The notes beneath the pieces were generated by a model. It did not search any database and was not told where the DNA came from. It saw nothing but the letters and a program-made list of their open reading frames with translations. From an uncultured Chloroflexia bacterium (lineage in GTDB: Bacteria > Chloroflexota > Limnocylindria > Limnocylindrales > CSP1-4): DNA of 64,000 nucleotides. The DNA lies in NCBI GenBank assembly GCA_963778955.1, contig CAVZWI010000001.1, positions 1,074,383-1,138,382 of the forward strand. Reading direction: 5' to 3'. Positions 1-9,025 of this stretch are shown here, piece after piece (position 1 is the first letter of the stretch; each line of letters begins with the position of its first letter). A program made the position numbers and the translations under genes.

Positions 1-1114
1 GCGTACCTTCGGCTTGGATTCACTCTTCAAAGAGGTCGGCATCTACTCCGCCCTGGGTCAGCTCTACGACCCGGTCGACTCCAACCTGCTGTTCTCGTAT
101 CACGAGGCCAAGTCCGGCCAGATCCTCGAGGAGGGCCTCACGGAGGCCGGTTCCACCGCGTCGATGCAGGCGGCCGGCACGGCCTATGCCACCCATGCCG
201 AGCCGATGATCCCTTTCTACATCTTCTATTCGATGTTCGGCTTCCAGCGCACCGGGGACGAGATCTGGGCGTTCTCCGATGCCCGGGGCCGCGGTTTCAT
301 GCTCGGCGCCACCGCCGGCCGCACCACGCTCAACGGCGAGGGCCTGCAACACCAGGACGGCCACAGCCTGGTGTTCGCCTCAGCGTACCCGTCGTGCCGC
401 GCCTATGACCCGGCCTTCGCCTATGAGACGGCGGCCATCATCCGCGACGGCCTGCGACGGATGTACGGACCGGAGCCACAGGACCGCTTCTACTACCTGA
501 CGCTCTACAACGAGAACCATTTGATGCCGGCACGACCCGAAGGGGTCACTGACGAAGACATCATCAACGGGCTATACCGGTTCGCAGACGCTCCGGATCT
601 GGGTGAGGACGCGCCACGCGCCACCATCCTGGCCTCGGGTGTGATCATGCAGCAGGCGCTGGCGGCCCAGGCCATGTTGGCCGAGCAGCACGGTGTCGCG
701 GCGGCGGTGTACAGCGCGCCGTCGTTCCAGCTGCTACGAAACGAAGCCCTGGAGACAGAGCACTGGAATCTGCACAACCCCGGATCGGAACGTATCCCAT
801 ACGTCACCCGAGTGCTGGCCGAGGCCGCCGCGGCCGGGCCGGTGCTTGCGGTCTCGGATTGGATCGCGGCCTGGCCGGACATGGTCGCCCGTTGGGTGCC
901 GACGAAGGCTTGGCGCAGCATGGGCACCGACGGCTACGGCCGCAGTGACACGCGTGAGGCCTTGCGCCGCTTCTTCGACATCGATGCGCCGCACATCTGT
1001 GCAGGTGTCCTGGTCGAGCTTGCGCGCACCGGGGCGATGGATACGGGGGTCGCGGCGCGAGCCGTGGCCGCCCTGGACCTGGAGCCGGAAGCGCCCTTCG
1101 CCATCGACCGCTGA
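1..1114 (+). CDS. aceE: Pyruvate dehydrogenase E1 component, C-terminal part (5' end lies outside the window)
   Basis: ORF open to the window start. Translation (…IPFYIFYSMFGFQRTGD…GFMLGATAGRTTLNGEGLQHQDGHS…) matches the conserved AceE-type homodimeric E1 C-terminal half. Confidence 0.9.
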   Translation, partial: RTFGLDSLFKEVGIYSALGQLYDPVDSNLLFSYHEAKSGQILEEGLTEAGSTASMQAAGTAYATHAEPMIPFYIFYSMFGFQRTGDEIWAFSDARGRGFMLGATAGRTTLNGEGLQHQDGHSLVFASAYPSCRAYDPAFAYETAAIIRDGLRRMYGPEPQDRFYYLTLYNENHLMPARPEGVTDEDIINGLYRFADAPDLGEDAPRATILASGVIMQQALAAQAMLAEQHGVAAAVYSAPSFQLLRNEALETEHWNLHNPGSERIPYVTRVLAEAAAAGPVLAVSDWIAAWPDMVARWVPTKAWRSMGTDGYGRSDTREALRRFFDIDAPHICAGVLVELARTGAMDTGVAARAVAALDLEPEAPFAIDR

Positions 1115-1198
1115 GGTTCCCGCTCCCACGCTGACCGCGACCCGGCGAGTGCAGGCAGTCGTGCCCATGTCGGAGAGGGCCGCTACCATCGTGCTGAC

Positions 1199-1798
1199 AT
1201 GACCGGGACGACCTCCGCCCCAGCTGCCCCCAACGCTCTCGCCGCCCAGTTCGACGATGCCCTGGTCGAGGCTGCGAAGCGGGGTGACCTGCACGCCTGG
1301 GAGCGCCTGGTGCGTCGCTACCAGGAGCCGGTCTACCGGGTCGCCTGGCTGGTCGTCCGGGACACCGAGATGGCGGAGGCGGCGACGCTCTCCACCTTCG
1401 TGCGCGCCTTCCGCGCGCTGCCCTCGTATGCGCCCGACCTTGGCATCCTGCCTTGGCTCTTCCGTATCGCGGCCGGCGAATCCCGTCAGCAGCGTCGTGA
1501 ATCGAGCCGACCCACCCGTTCGTCGCGGCCGGTCGAACGGATGCAGGGCCCGCACCGCCCTGCCTCCGCCGTACCCGGGGTCGCCCATGCTGCGAGTCTG
1601 GCGCCGGCTGACAAGGCCGTCGTCGCTGAAGCCTTCGACCGCCTCGGTGAGGAGGATCGCATGGTCATCGCGGCGCGCTACCTCTTCGGGCTGAACCGGG
1701 ACGATGCAGCCAGCGCGCTGTCCATCTCATCGGCCCTGGTGGAGGAGCGGCTCAGCGGGGCTCTCAAGCAGCTGCGTGCGAGGATCTCGGGGTCGTGA
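1199..1798 (+). CDS. ECF-type RNA polymerase sigma-70 family factor
   Basis: Region 2 (LVRRYQEPVYRVAWLVVRD…AATLSTFVRAFRAL) and region 4 HTH (MVIAARYLFGLNRDDAASALSISSALVEERL). Stop overlaps the next start (ATGA at 1795-1798). Confidence 0.85.
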   Translation: MTGTTSAPAAPNALAAQFDDALVEAAKRGDLHAWERLVRRYQEPVYRVAWLVVRDTEMAEAATLSTFVRAFRALPSYAPDLGILPWLFRIAAGESRQQRRESSRPTRSSRPVERMQGPHRPASAVPGVAHAASLAPADKAVVAEAFDRLGEEDRMVIAARYLFGLNRDDAASALSISSALVEERLSGALKQLRARISGS

Positions 1799-3321
1799 TG
1801 CCGAACCAGGGCCCGTCCGCGCCATTCCTGGGCATGCCCGACGATCAGCTGGGCACGGTCGCGGTGTCACTGGCCGTCGCCGAGTTGCACTGGGCGCCTG
1901 ATGTGGCACCGGCGGTGATGGATCGCATCTCGCGCGACGCCGTCGCCTATCCCGAGCACTTCGATCGCCGCCCGCCGCCCCCACCGGCACCGGTGGTGCT
2001 GCCGCCGAGTGAGCGCTCGGCCAAGCGCGCCATCGGCCGCCTCGCGGTCTTCGCCGTCATCCTCGCCATCGTCGTGGCGCTCGTCGTCTTCGCCGCCGGT
2101 GGTACGACCGGCGCGTGGGGAGCAGACGCGACACCGGCACCGGATGAGAGTGCCTCGGACGGGACCGCGGCGAGTGTCCAGCCCAGCCCGGAGCCGACAC
2201 CATTCCCCTTCTTCGACCCCGCCACCGTGTCGCTGCGGACCGATCTCTTCGTGGACGGCCTGGATGCGCCGGTCTATCTGACCGATGATGGCACCGGCGC
2301 CCAGTGCCTCTACATCGTCGAGCGTGGCGGCACCGTGCGGATGGTCGGGCCCGACGGCGTACTGCTGCCGCGCCCCTTCCTCGACATCAGCGATCGCGTG
2401 GCGGTGGGGCCCGAGCAGGGCCTGCACTCGCTGGCTTTCCATCCGGGTTTCAAGAAGAACGGGCGCTTCTTCGTTCACTACGACTCACTACCCGATGGCC
2501 GCACGACGGTCATCGCCGAGTTCAAGGGCAAGCCCTGCAAGCCCGCCAGCAACAAGGCCACCAAGGCCTCCATCCTGACGGTCGACCAGCCATTCCCCAA
2601 CAACAACGCCGGCTGGATCGGCTTCGGGCCTGATGGCTACCTGTACATCCCGCTCGGGGACGGCGGTGGAGCCGATCCGGGCGACCCGCTGGGCTACGGT
2701 CAGCTGGCGGAGCCGCTCTACTCGAAGGTGCTGCGCATCGATGTCAACAAGGGCAAGCGCTACGGCATCCCCAGCGACAACCCCTACGCCAAGAAGCGCA
2801 AGGGCGGCTTTCCCCCGGCGATGTGGGCGCGGGGACTGCGTGACCCTCGCCGCTCCAGCTTCGACCGAGCCACCGGCGACCTCTGGATCGGCGATGTCGG
2901 GCAGCGCATCGAAGAGGTGGACCGCATCCCCGCGGGCGTGTCGGACCTCAACTTCGGCTGGTCCGACGTCGAGGGCGAGGCCACCTGCCACCCCAACGTG
3001 CCCGACTGTGATCCGTCGCAGTTCGAGCCACCGGTCGCCTTCTACGACAAGACGCCGCCGCAGCGCGCCATCACCGGCGGCTACGTCTATCGCGGTGAGG
3101 CGTTCCCGAAACTCGACGGCGTGTACCTCTTCAGCGACTTCGCCAGCGGCTACATCTGGGGGCTCGACGCAGACGCGGTCGCTGCCGGGCAGCCCGCCAC
3201 GGCCTATCAGCTGCTCGACGCACCCCAGGGCATCGTGTCCTTCGGTGAGGACGATGCCGGCGAGCTGTACGTGGTGTCCCTCGACGGCAGCATCTACCGC
3301 CTCGGCCTCGACGCGTCCTGA
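1795..3321 (+). CDS. Membrane-anchored PQQ-dependent sugar (glucose/sorbosone) dehydrogenase-like beta-propeller protein; candidate anti-sigma partner
   Basis: About 85 aa cytoplasmic N-terminus, one TM segment (LAVFAVILAIVVALVVFAAGG), a Pro/Ser-rich linker, then SGDH motifs (LHSLAFHPGF…GRFFVHY, GWIGFGPDGYLYIPLGDGGGADPGDP, WARGLRDPRRSSFD…LWIGDVGQ). Translationally coupled to the sigma gene. Confidence 0.8.
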   Translation: MMPNQGPSAPFLGMPDDQLGTVAVSLAVAELHWAPDVAPAVMDRISRDAVAYPEHFDRRPPPPPAPVVLPPSERSAKRAIGRLAVFAVILAIVVALVVFAAGGTTGAWGADATPAPDESASDGTAASVQPSPEPTPFPFFDPATVSLRTDLFVDGLDAPVYLTDDGTGAQCLYIVERGGTVRMVGPDGVLLPRPFLDISDRVAVGPEQGLHSLAFHPGFKKNGRFFVHYDSLPDGRTTVIAEFKGKPCKPASNKATKASILTVDQPFPNNNAGWIGFGPDGYLYIPLGDGGGADPGDPLGYGQLAEPLYSKVLRIDVNKGKRYGIPSDNPYAKKRKGGFPPAMWARGLRDPRRSSFDRATGDLWIGDVGQRIEEVDRIPAGVSDLNFGWSDVEGEATCHPNVPDCDPSQFEPPVAFYDKTPPQRAITGGYVYRGEAFPKLDGVYLFSDFASGYIWGLDADAVAAGQPATAYQLLDAPQGIVSFGEDDAGELYVVSLDGSIYRLGLDAS

Positions 3322-3391
3322 CGCGTCTCGACGGGCCCAGGAGCGATCCCGGCTGCGCATCGCGCCCAGTCACGGTCGGGCGTCTTGCCAT

Positions 3392-4261
3392 ATGTCTGAC
3401 CCCACCATGACGCCCGACCCCGATGGCCTGCGCTATGCGCGCCATTGGGAGCCCGTGCTGGCCGCTCCGGCGCGTCAAGTCCTGGCGCGGTTGGAGGCCG
3501 TTCCCGACGTGTTCCTCGATGTGGGCGCTGGCACGGGCGGTCTGGCGCTGGCCGCGGCCGAACGCTGGCCGGAGGCACGGATCGTGGCGCTGGACGCCTC
3601 GGCGGGCATGCTGTCGGTGGCCAAGCAGCGTACGGTGGACGAGCGACCTGTCGACGCCGCGCGCTTCGAGTGGCTGGTCGCCGACGCCCTGGCGATGCCG
3701 CTCACGGATGGCACGGTGGATGCGCTCGTGTCGTCCTTCGTCCTGTCGCTGGTGGACGACCGAGCAGCACTGCTGCGCGAGATGTGGCGGGTGCTGCGCC
3801 CAGGTGGGACGGTGGCGTTGGTGGCCTGGCTCGGTGACGATGTGACCGTGGTGGCCGACGAGGTCTTCGAGCGACTGGTCGCCGAACGCGGGTGGGCTCG
3901 CGACCGAGTCGACTCCCAGCCACCGCGCGGCAGCGACTACCTCTCCGGTGACGAGGTCGAGGGCGAGCTGGCCGCGACCGGATTCACCCGGCTCGATGTG
4001 CGGGCCGACGAGCTGCGCTACCGCTGGACCCGCGATGCGTACCTCGCCTTCAAGGCGGAGTACGACGAGCGAGACCTCTGGGTATCGCTCGATGCTTCCG
4101 ATCGCGAAGAGTTCCGCGATGAACTGCGCGCCCGTTTGGCCGCCCTGCCTGACTCGGCATTCGAGTTGCGCACGCCCCTTGTTTCCGCTATCGCAAGACG
4201 ACCTGTTCAGGCAGCGAAGGGCCTGCCTTCGAGCGGGCGGCAGACCTTGCAGGGCCGATAG
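3392..4261 (+). CDS. Class I SAM-dependent methyltransferase
   Basis: Motif I VFLDVGAGTGGLAL, then post-I IVALDAS and LRPGGTVAL. The listed ORF 2633-4261 is only credible from ATG 3392; upstream it overlaps the dehydrogenase gene out of frame. Confidence 0.8.
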   Translation: MSDPTMTPDPDGLRYARHWEPVLAAPARQVLARLEAVPDVFLDVGAGTGGLALAAAERWPEARIVALDASAGMLSVAKQRTVDERPVDAARFEWLVADALAMPLTDGTVDALVSSFVLSLVDDRAALLREMWRVLRPGGTVALVAWLGDDVTVVADEVFERLVAERGWARDRVDSQPPRGSDYLSGDEVEGELAATGFTRLDVRADELRYRWTRDAYLAFKAEYDERDLWVSLDASDREEFRDELRARLAALPDSAFELRTPLVSAIARRPVQAAKGLPSSGRQTLQGR

Positions 4262-5011
4262 CCTGCGGTCTGCGCTTCGAGAGCCGTACGAAAGCGGACC
4301 TCATGGTCCGCCGTGATGCGGCGCGCATGTCGACACGAGGGATAGCAGTAGATCATGGTGGAGTCGGACCCGCGATAGCGGACGCCGCCGGCGGCCATCC
4401 GCTCGAGCGCGGATGTGTCGATGCCTTCCAGGCTCAGCACCTTGCGCTTCGCCTCCGGGCCGCCGGCGCCGTAGTTGCCGATATGCCCATCGGCCCGTAC
4501 CACGCGGTGGCAGGGGATGATGAACGTGATCGGATTGCCCGCCAGCGCCGAGCCGACCGCACGCACCGCCCGCGGCCGGCCGATCTTCCCGTGCCACCCA
4601 CGAATACGGCCGCACCTCGCCGTAGGGGATCTCCATGGTCTTGTGCAGCACGGCCTGCTCAAAGTCGGTCAGCGTCGCCAGGTCCACGGCCGGACCGTCG
4701 GTGTGTCTGCCCTCAAGACGCTTGTGTACCTGCGTCTCGAGCTGCTCTGGCATCTCGGCCACGCGGCGCAGTGAGCGCCCGTGTCGTAGCTCGTACTCGG
4801 TCTCGAACCCGGCCGCGTCGCGGGCCGGCTCGGCGGCCGTGATCCCGTCGGGACCCCAGGCCACGTAGAGAGGCCCGATGGGCCCCTCGATGCGGGTCCA
4901 TGAATCGACCAGCCCGACGGCCGCCATGACCGAGTCGACCAGGCTGTCCGGTGCCGGGGTACCGATGGATCGCAGTGCCTTGACCATCTCGCGTGCCTCC
5001 TGTCTGTTCAT
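4207..5011 (-). pseudogene. Methylated-DNA-protein-cysteine methyltransferase (MGMT/Ogt domain) with C-terminal Ada-type zinc-binding domain; one frameshift
   Basis: Frame A: …LTDFEQAVLHKTMEIPYGEVRPYSWVARE. Frame B: IGRPRAVRAVGSALAGNPITFIIPCHRVV (active-site PCHR), then YCYPSCRHARRI…AGYRPCKVCRP (Ada Zn motif). The frames join if one A is removed from GGGAAGATC (about 4586). Confidence 0.8.
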
Positions 5012-5556
5012 CTCATCGCCTCGTCGATCGACTCGCGTAGCAGGCGAACGCCGCGGTGGACGTCCGACTTGACCGTGCCCAATGGCCGCTCCAGTGCCGC
5101 GGCTAGCTCGGGATAGGAGAGGCCGCTCACGTGGCGAAGCTCGACCGCCCGCCGGTAGCGCAAGGGGAGGGCGTCGAGCCGTTCGCGCCAGAAGCGCGCC
5201 GACTCCCGCTGCTCCGCGGTTCGCTCCGGTCCGGGCGAGTAGGTGTCGGGCCGATCCGCCAGCGTCTCAAGGTCGGCCGTGACCGGCGGTCGGCGTCGGG
5301 CGTGATTGCGCGACAGATTGCCGACGATGGCGGCCAGCCAACCGCGAGGTCGCAGTTCACCGATCCGCGCCGGGTCATAGCCGTCCAATGCCCGGTAGGC
5401 TCGGATGAAGGCCTCCTGGGCCAGGTCCTCGGCGTCGGACGGGCGCTTGGTCGAGCGCAGCGCGATGCCGTACACGAGGTCCTGGTGGTGGGCCAGGAAC
5501 AGCGGGAACGCCGCGTCGAGGTCGTCGGCGAGACGGGCAGGGCAGTCAGTGCACAC
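5008..5556 (-). CDS. ECF-type RNA polymerase sigma-70 family factor
   Basis: Region 2 (DLVYGIALRSTKRPSDAEDLAQEAFIRAYRAL) and region 4 (LRYRRAVELRHVSGLSYPELAAALERPLGTVKSDVHRG). ATGA overlap with the downstream MGMT gene at 5008-5011. Confidence 0.85.
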   Translation of the reverse strand: MCTDCPARLADDLDAAFPLFLAHHQDLVYGIALRSTKRPSDAEDLAQEAFIRAYRALDGYDPARIGELRPRGWLAAIVGNLSRNHARRRPPVTADLETLADRPDTYSPGPERTAEQRESARFWRERLDALPLRYRRAVELRHVSGLSYPELAAALERPLGTVKSDVHRGVRLLRESIDEAMR

Positions 5557-5651
5557 GCAAGCAAGAACACAAGGCGGAGGTCATCGGTTGCAGTGTGCTG
5601 CCTCCGGACGCATCACACCTATGCCGGGGGCCAGTGCCCGGCTGCTCAGGG

Positions 5652-7136
5652 CTACCGGTCGATGCCGAACTCGCGCCGAAGCGCCGACATGGCCGCGAGG
5701 TGGCCGCTCATGCCGTGGACGCCACCACCGGGGGGAGTCGATGACGAGCAGAGGTAGAGTCCACGGGCCGGCACCACGTACGGATCTCGGCGAAGTGTGG
5801 GACGAGCGATCATCTGGGGCAGGTCCTGCAGGCCGCCGTTGATGTCGCCGCCGACGTAGTTGGCATCGTAGGCCTCCATCGCAGGCGCGGTGCGCACGGC
5901 GCGGCCAAGGATGATGTCGCGGAAGCCAGGTGCGAACCGTTCGACCTGGCCCTCGATGTGTTCGCTGATGTCGGCCGGCGAGCCGTTGGGTACGTGGGCA
6001 TACGCCCACGCAGTGTGTCTCCCGGCCGGCGCTCGCAAGGGGTCGGCGATGGTGGCCTGTACCAGCAGCACGAATGGTCGCTCGGGCAGGCGACCGCGAT
6101 GCACGCTGCGCTCCGCCGCTTCCACCTCATCGAGCGCCCCACCCAGGTGGACCGTCCCGGCCCGTGCGAGTTCTGCCGAACGCCAGGGGATCGGCTCGGA
6201 CAGGGCCCAGTCCACCTTGCAGACGCCTGGCCCATAGCGGAAGCGCTCGAGCGCACGCCGGTAGCGTGCCGGAAGCTGATCACCGGCGATCCGAGCGACA
6301 TCGCGCGGGCTGAGGTCGAACAGCGTTGCCCGCGCGCCGGGGAGCTCATCGAGTGACGTCACCCGCCTGCCAGTGACGACCTCGCCGCCCAGGGACTCAA
6401 GTTCGGCCACGAGCGCATCGGCGAAGCGCTGCATCCCACCACGGATCACGGGCCAGCCGACGAGGTGGGCAGCGATCCCCAGGACGAGCCCGAAGGACGC
6501 CGTGGCCGGCTGACGCAGTGGGACCATGGCATGCGCCGACAGGCCAGCCAGCAACGCCCGCGCGGGGTCTTCGCGAAAGGCAAGCCGCCCGAGGCCGGTG
6601 CTCGAGGCCAGGGCTGGTACCCCGAAACGCGCCATAGCCACGGGGTGGCGCGGCGCGCGCAGGATCGGACCGAGTATCGAAGGCAGTAGCCGGCCAGCTG
6701 CAGCGTCGCGAACGAGTGGTCTCATCAGACGCCGATAGACCGTCCCGTCGCGCCCCAGCCCGTCGGCCGTAGCATCGATGTCCCGAAAGAGGAGGACCGC
6801 CCGATCGTCAAGCGCGTGTCCCACAGGGATCTCGGTCTGCGCGAACTCCACCCCGTGACGGTCGAGATCGAGGGTCGCCAGGAATGGCGAGATGCGCGCG
6901 GTGGCCGCCACCGTCGAGCACACATCATGGATGAACCCGGGAAGTGTCAGCTCTGCGGAACGTGTCCCGCCGCCGGGCGTGTCAGCGGCTTCATAGACGC
7001 GGACGCGCAAGCCTTGGCGGGCAAGGGTGATCGCGGCTGCCAGCCCATTGGGGCCAGCACCCACGACGACCGCATCGAGTGAGGCATCGCTGCCGCTCAC
7101 TCGTCCATCATGACCGCTGCTGCTGATGTCGGGCAC
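5652..7136 (-). CDS. Phytoene desaturase-family NAD(P)/FAD-dependent oxidoreductase
   Basis: N-terminal dinucleotide-binding fold DAVVVGAGPNGLAAAITLARQGLRVRVYEA…PGGG; 494 aa uninterrupted ORF. Confidence 0.8.
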   Translation of the reverse strand: MPDISSSGHDGRVSGSDASLDAVVVGAGPNGLAAAITLARQGLRVRVYEAADTPGGGTRSAELTLPGFIHDVCSTVAATARISPFLATLDLDRHGVEFAQTEIPVGHALDDRAVLLFRDIDATADGLGRDGTVYRRLMRPLVRDAAAGRLLPSILGPILRAPRHPVAMARFGVPALASSTGLGRLAFREDPARALLAGLSAHAMVPLRQPATASFGLVLGIAAHLVGWPVIRGGMQRFADALVAELESLGGEVVTGRRVTSLDELPGARATLFDLSPRDVARIAGDQLPARYRRALERFRYGPGVCKVDWALSEPIPWRSAELARAGTVHLGGALDEVEAAERSVHRGRLPERPFVLLVQATIADPLRAPAGRHTAWAYAHVPNGSPADISEHIEGQVERFAPGFRDIILGRAVRTAPAMEAYDANYVGGDINGGLQDLPQMIARPTLRRDPYVVPARGLYLCSSSTPPGGGVHGMSGHLAAMSALRREFGIDR

Positions 7137-7531
7137 GGGCCTGCACCGATCCTGGTGCCTGCGCGGCTGTGCTGGACTTCAGCCTCAGTCCCTGGAGCGG
7201 CGAAGCATCCTCTGCGGGTGGGTCATCGTCCAGATCCCTGAGGTCGTGACATCAAGCCGGAGACCCCGATCAGGGTGTGTGAGACGTCCACCAGTGCGGG
7301 CACGCCGAACGGGTTGTCGACTTGCGGTGTCTCGCCCAGAGGCCCGGGCATGACGATCGCGCCGATCAAACAAGCGGAGGGCCGACGGACAACAGGACCA
7401 ACGCTCCCATCGGCCGACGGGAGGAGGCGATGCCACACCTCGAGTACGCGGCAGCCGCGTTCGCTGAGGTCGGGGCTGCAAACGATGAGCTCGAGCCGGG
7501 GATCTGGATGCTCGAGAGCTGGTAGAACTGA

Positions 7532-8923
7532 TCAGCGCAGCAGGAAGCCGCGGCCCAGGCGGTCGCGCTCGTCGAGCACGAAGCGCTGGTGCCCGGTCAC
7601 GTAGCCGCTGCCCTCGATGCTGGTGATGATCGCCTCGTGTTCGCCCAGCATGGTCGTGCCCTCGATGCGAGCACTGAACGACTCACCGGTGACCCCGGCG
7701 TTGACGATGGTGTCGCCCACGTCGGACGCGCCCAGCGCATGGCGCGCGGCCAGCAGGGCGGAGGTGCCCGAGCCGCAGGGTGAACGGTCCACTTCAGCAT
7801 CGGCGAAGACGGTGACGTTGCGAATGGTGGCATCCGCCGCCAGGCCGTCGGGTGAGGAGGCTGGATCGCTGTCGACCAGGACGGTGCCGTAGACGAAGCC
7901 CAGCGACTCGTCGGTGGGATGGGTCGGCTCGTGCTCCTGGCGCAGCGCGTCGTTGATGGCGGCGCCGGCACGAGTGAGCTGCTCGATCTGCTCGGGCACC
8001 ACGCGCATGCCCAATTCGGCCACGTCCACGATGCCGTAGTAGGCGCCGCCGAAGGCGAGCTGGACGCTGAGGCCCTTGCGCTCGGCGGCCGCGCCGAAGA
8101 GACGGACGCCTCTGGGCCGCATCAGCAACCGCTCCGCATGCAGGTAGGCCGGCACGTTCACGAAGCGCACCGAACGCACCACCGGCGCGGCCCCCACGCC
8201 AACGCTGACGTCGGCCGACGCCGTCACCAACCCGGCCGGCGTCTCCCAGCGGATGTCAGTCGTCGGCGTCGTCGCTGGATACAGGCCTTCCTCGATGAGG
8301 CCCTGGGTGAGTGCGATGATGCCGTGGCCACACATGGTGCTGTAGCCCTCGTTGTGCATGAACAGCACCGCGATATCGGCGTCGCCGCGATGCGGTGCCA
8401 ACAGGACAGCGCCATACATGTCGCGGTGACCGCGTGGTTCGTACATCAGCAAGCGGCGGAACGCGTCGGCATGCTCCCGCACCCAGGCGCGTCGCTCATC
8501 GATGGAGAGCAGTGGGACTTCGGGGTAGCCGGTCCGGATGAGGCGCAGCGGCTCGCCGGCACAGTGCAGGTCGAGCGTCTCCACGACCACGCGCGAGGCA
8601 TCGCGTTCCTGGGCCTGGGCCGGTGTCCACGGCAGCGGCCGGCGGGTGATGGCCGCGATGCGCGAACGTACCTCCGGGTCTGCCCCGAAGGCGCCGGCGG
8701 GTGCACCGGCCGACTCGAAGACGACCGTCAGGACATGCTCCTGGCCCTCGGAGCGCCAGCGCCGCGACGTGGGCTCCCAGCCACGGGCGGCGGCCTGCTG
8801 GCGCTCACGCAGGAAGGAGCGTTCGGCCGAGGCGCGGTCAGCGGCCGCATAGGTGCGGATGACCGTGCTGGTGGGTCCCTTCGCGCTGGTCTTCGCCATC
8901 GTCCCCTTTGCCGCCTCCTGCAC
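7532..8923 (-). CDS. Proline racemase / 4-hydroxyproline epimerase family protein with about 110 aa N-terminal extension
   Basis: Family core starts at VVVETLDLHCAGEPLRLI. Both catalytic Cys motifs are present (STMCGHG and SPCGSGTSA). Start may be GTG 8923 or ATG 8899. Confidence 0.85.
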   Translation of the reverse strand: MQEAAKGTMAKTSAKGPTSTVIRTYAAADRASAERSFLRERQQAAARGWEPTSRRWRSEGQEHVLTVVFESAGAPAGAFGADPEVRSRIAAITRRPLPWTPAQAQERDASRVVVETLDLHCAGEPLRLIRTGYPEVPLLSIDERRAWVREHADAFRRLLMYEPRGHRDMYGAVLLAPHRGDADIAVLFMHNEGYSTMCGHGIIALTQGLIEEGLYPATTPTTDIRWETPAGLVTASADVSVGVGAAPVVRSVRFVNVPAYLHAERLLMRPRGVRLFGAAAERKGLSVQLAFGGAYYGIVDVAELGMRVVPEQIEQLTRAGAAINDALRQEHEPTHPTDESLGFVYGTVLVDSDPASSPDGLAADATIRNVTVFADAEVDRSPCGSGTSALLAARHALGASDVGDTIVNAGVTGESFSARIEGTTMLGEHEAIITSIEGSGYVTGHQRFVLDERDRLGRGFLLR

Positions 8924-9025
8924 TCCATGATAGCCAGCCGCTCAGGCCGAGGCCGCGTGCGCTCGACCCGGGGCTACTTGCGCGAACGCACGGCTACCGG
9001 GCGCGCTTTGGTCTACCGTCGCGCC

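Noticed and set aside
2633-3391. The 5' 250 codons of listed ORF 2633-4261 as part of the methyltransferase.
   Set aside because: This part overlaps the dehydrogenase gene out of frame and is low-complexity Ser/Arg/Thr-rich. The methyltransferase homology starts only after ATG 3392.
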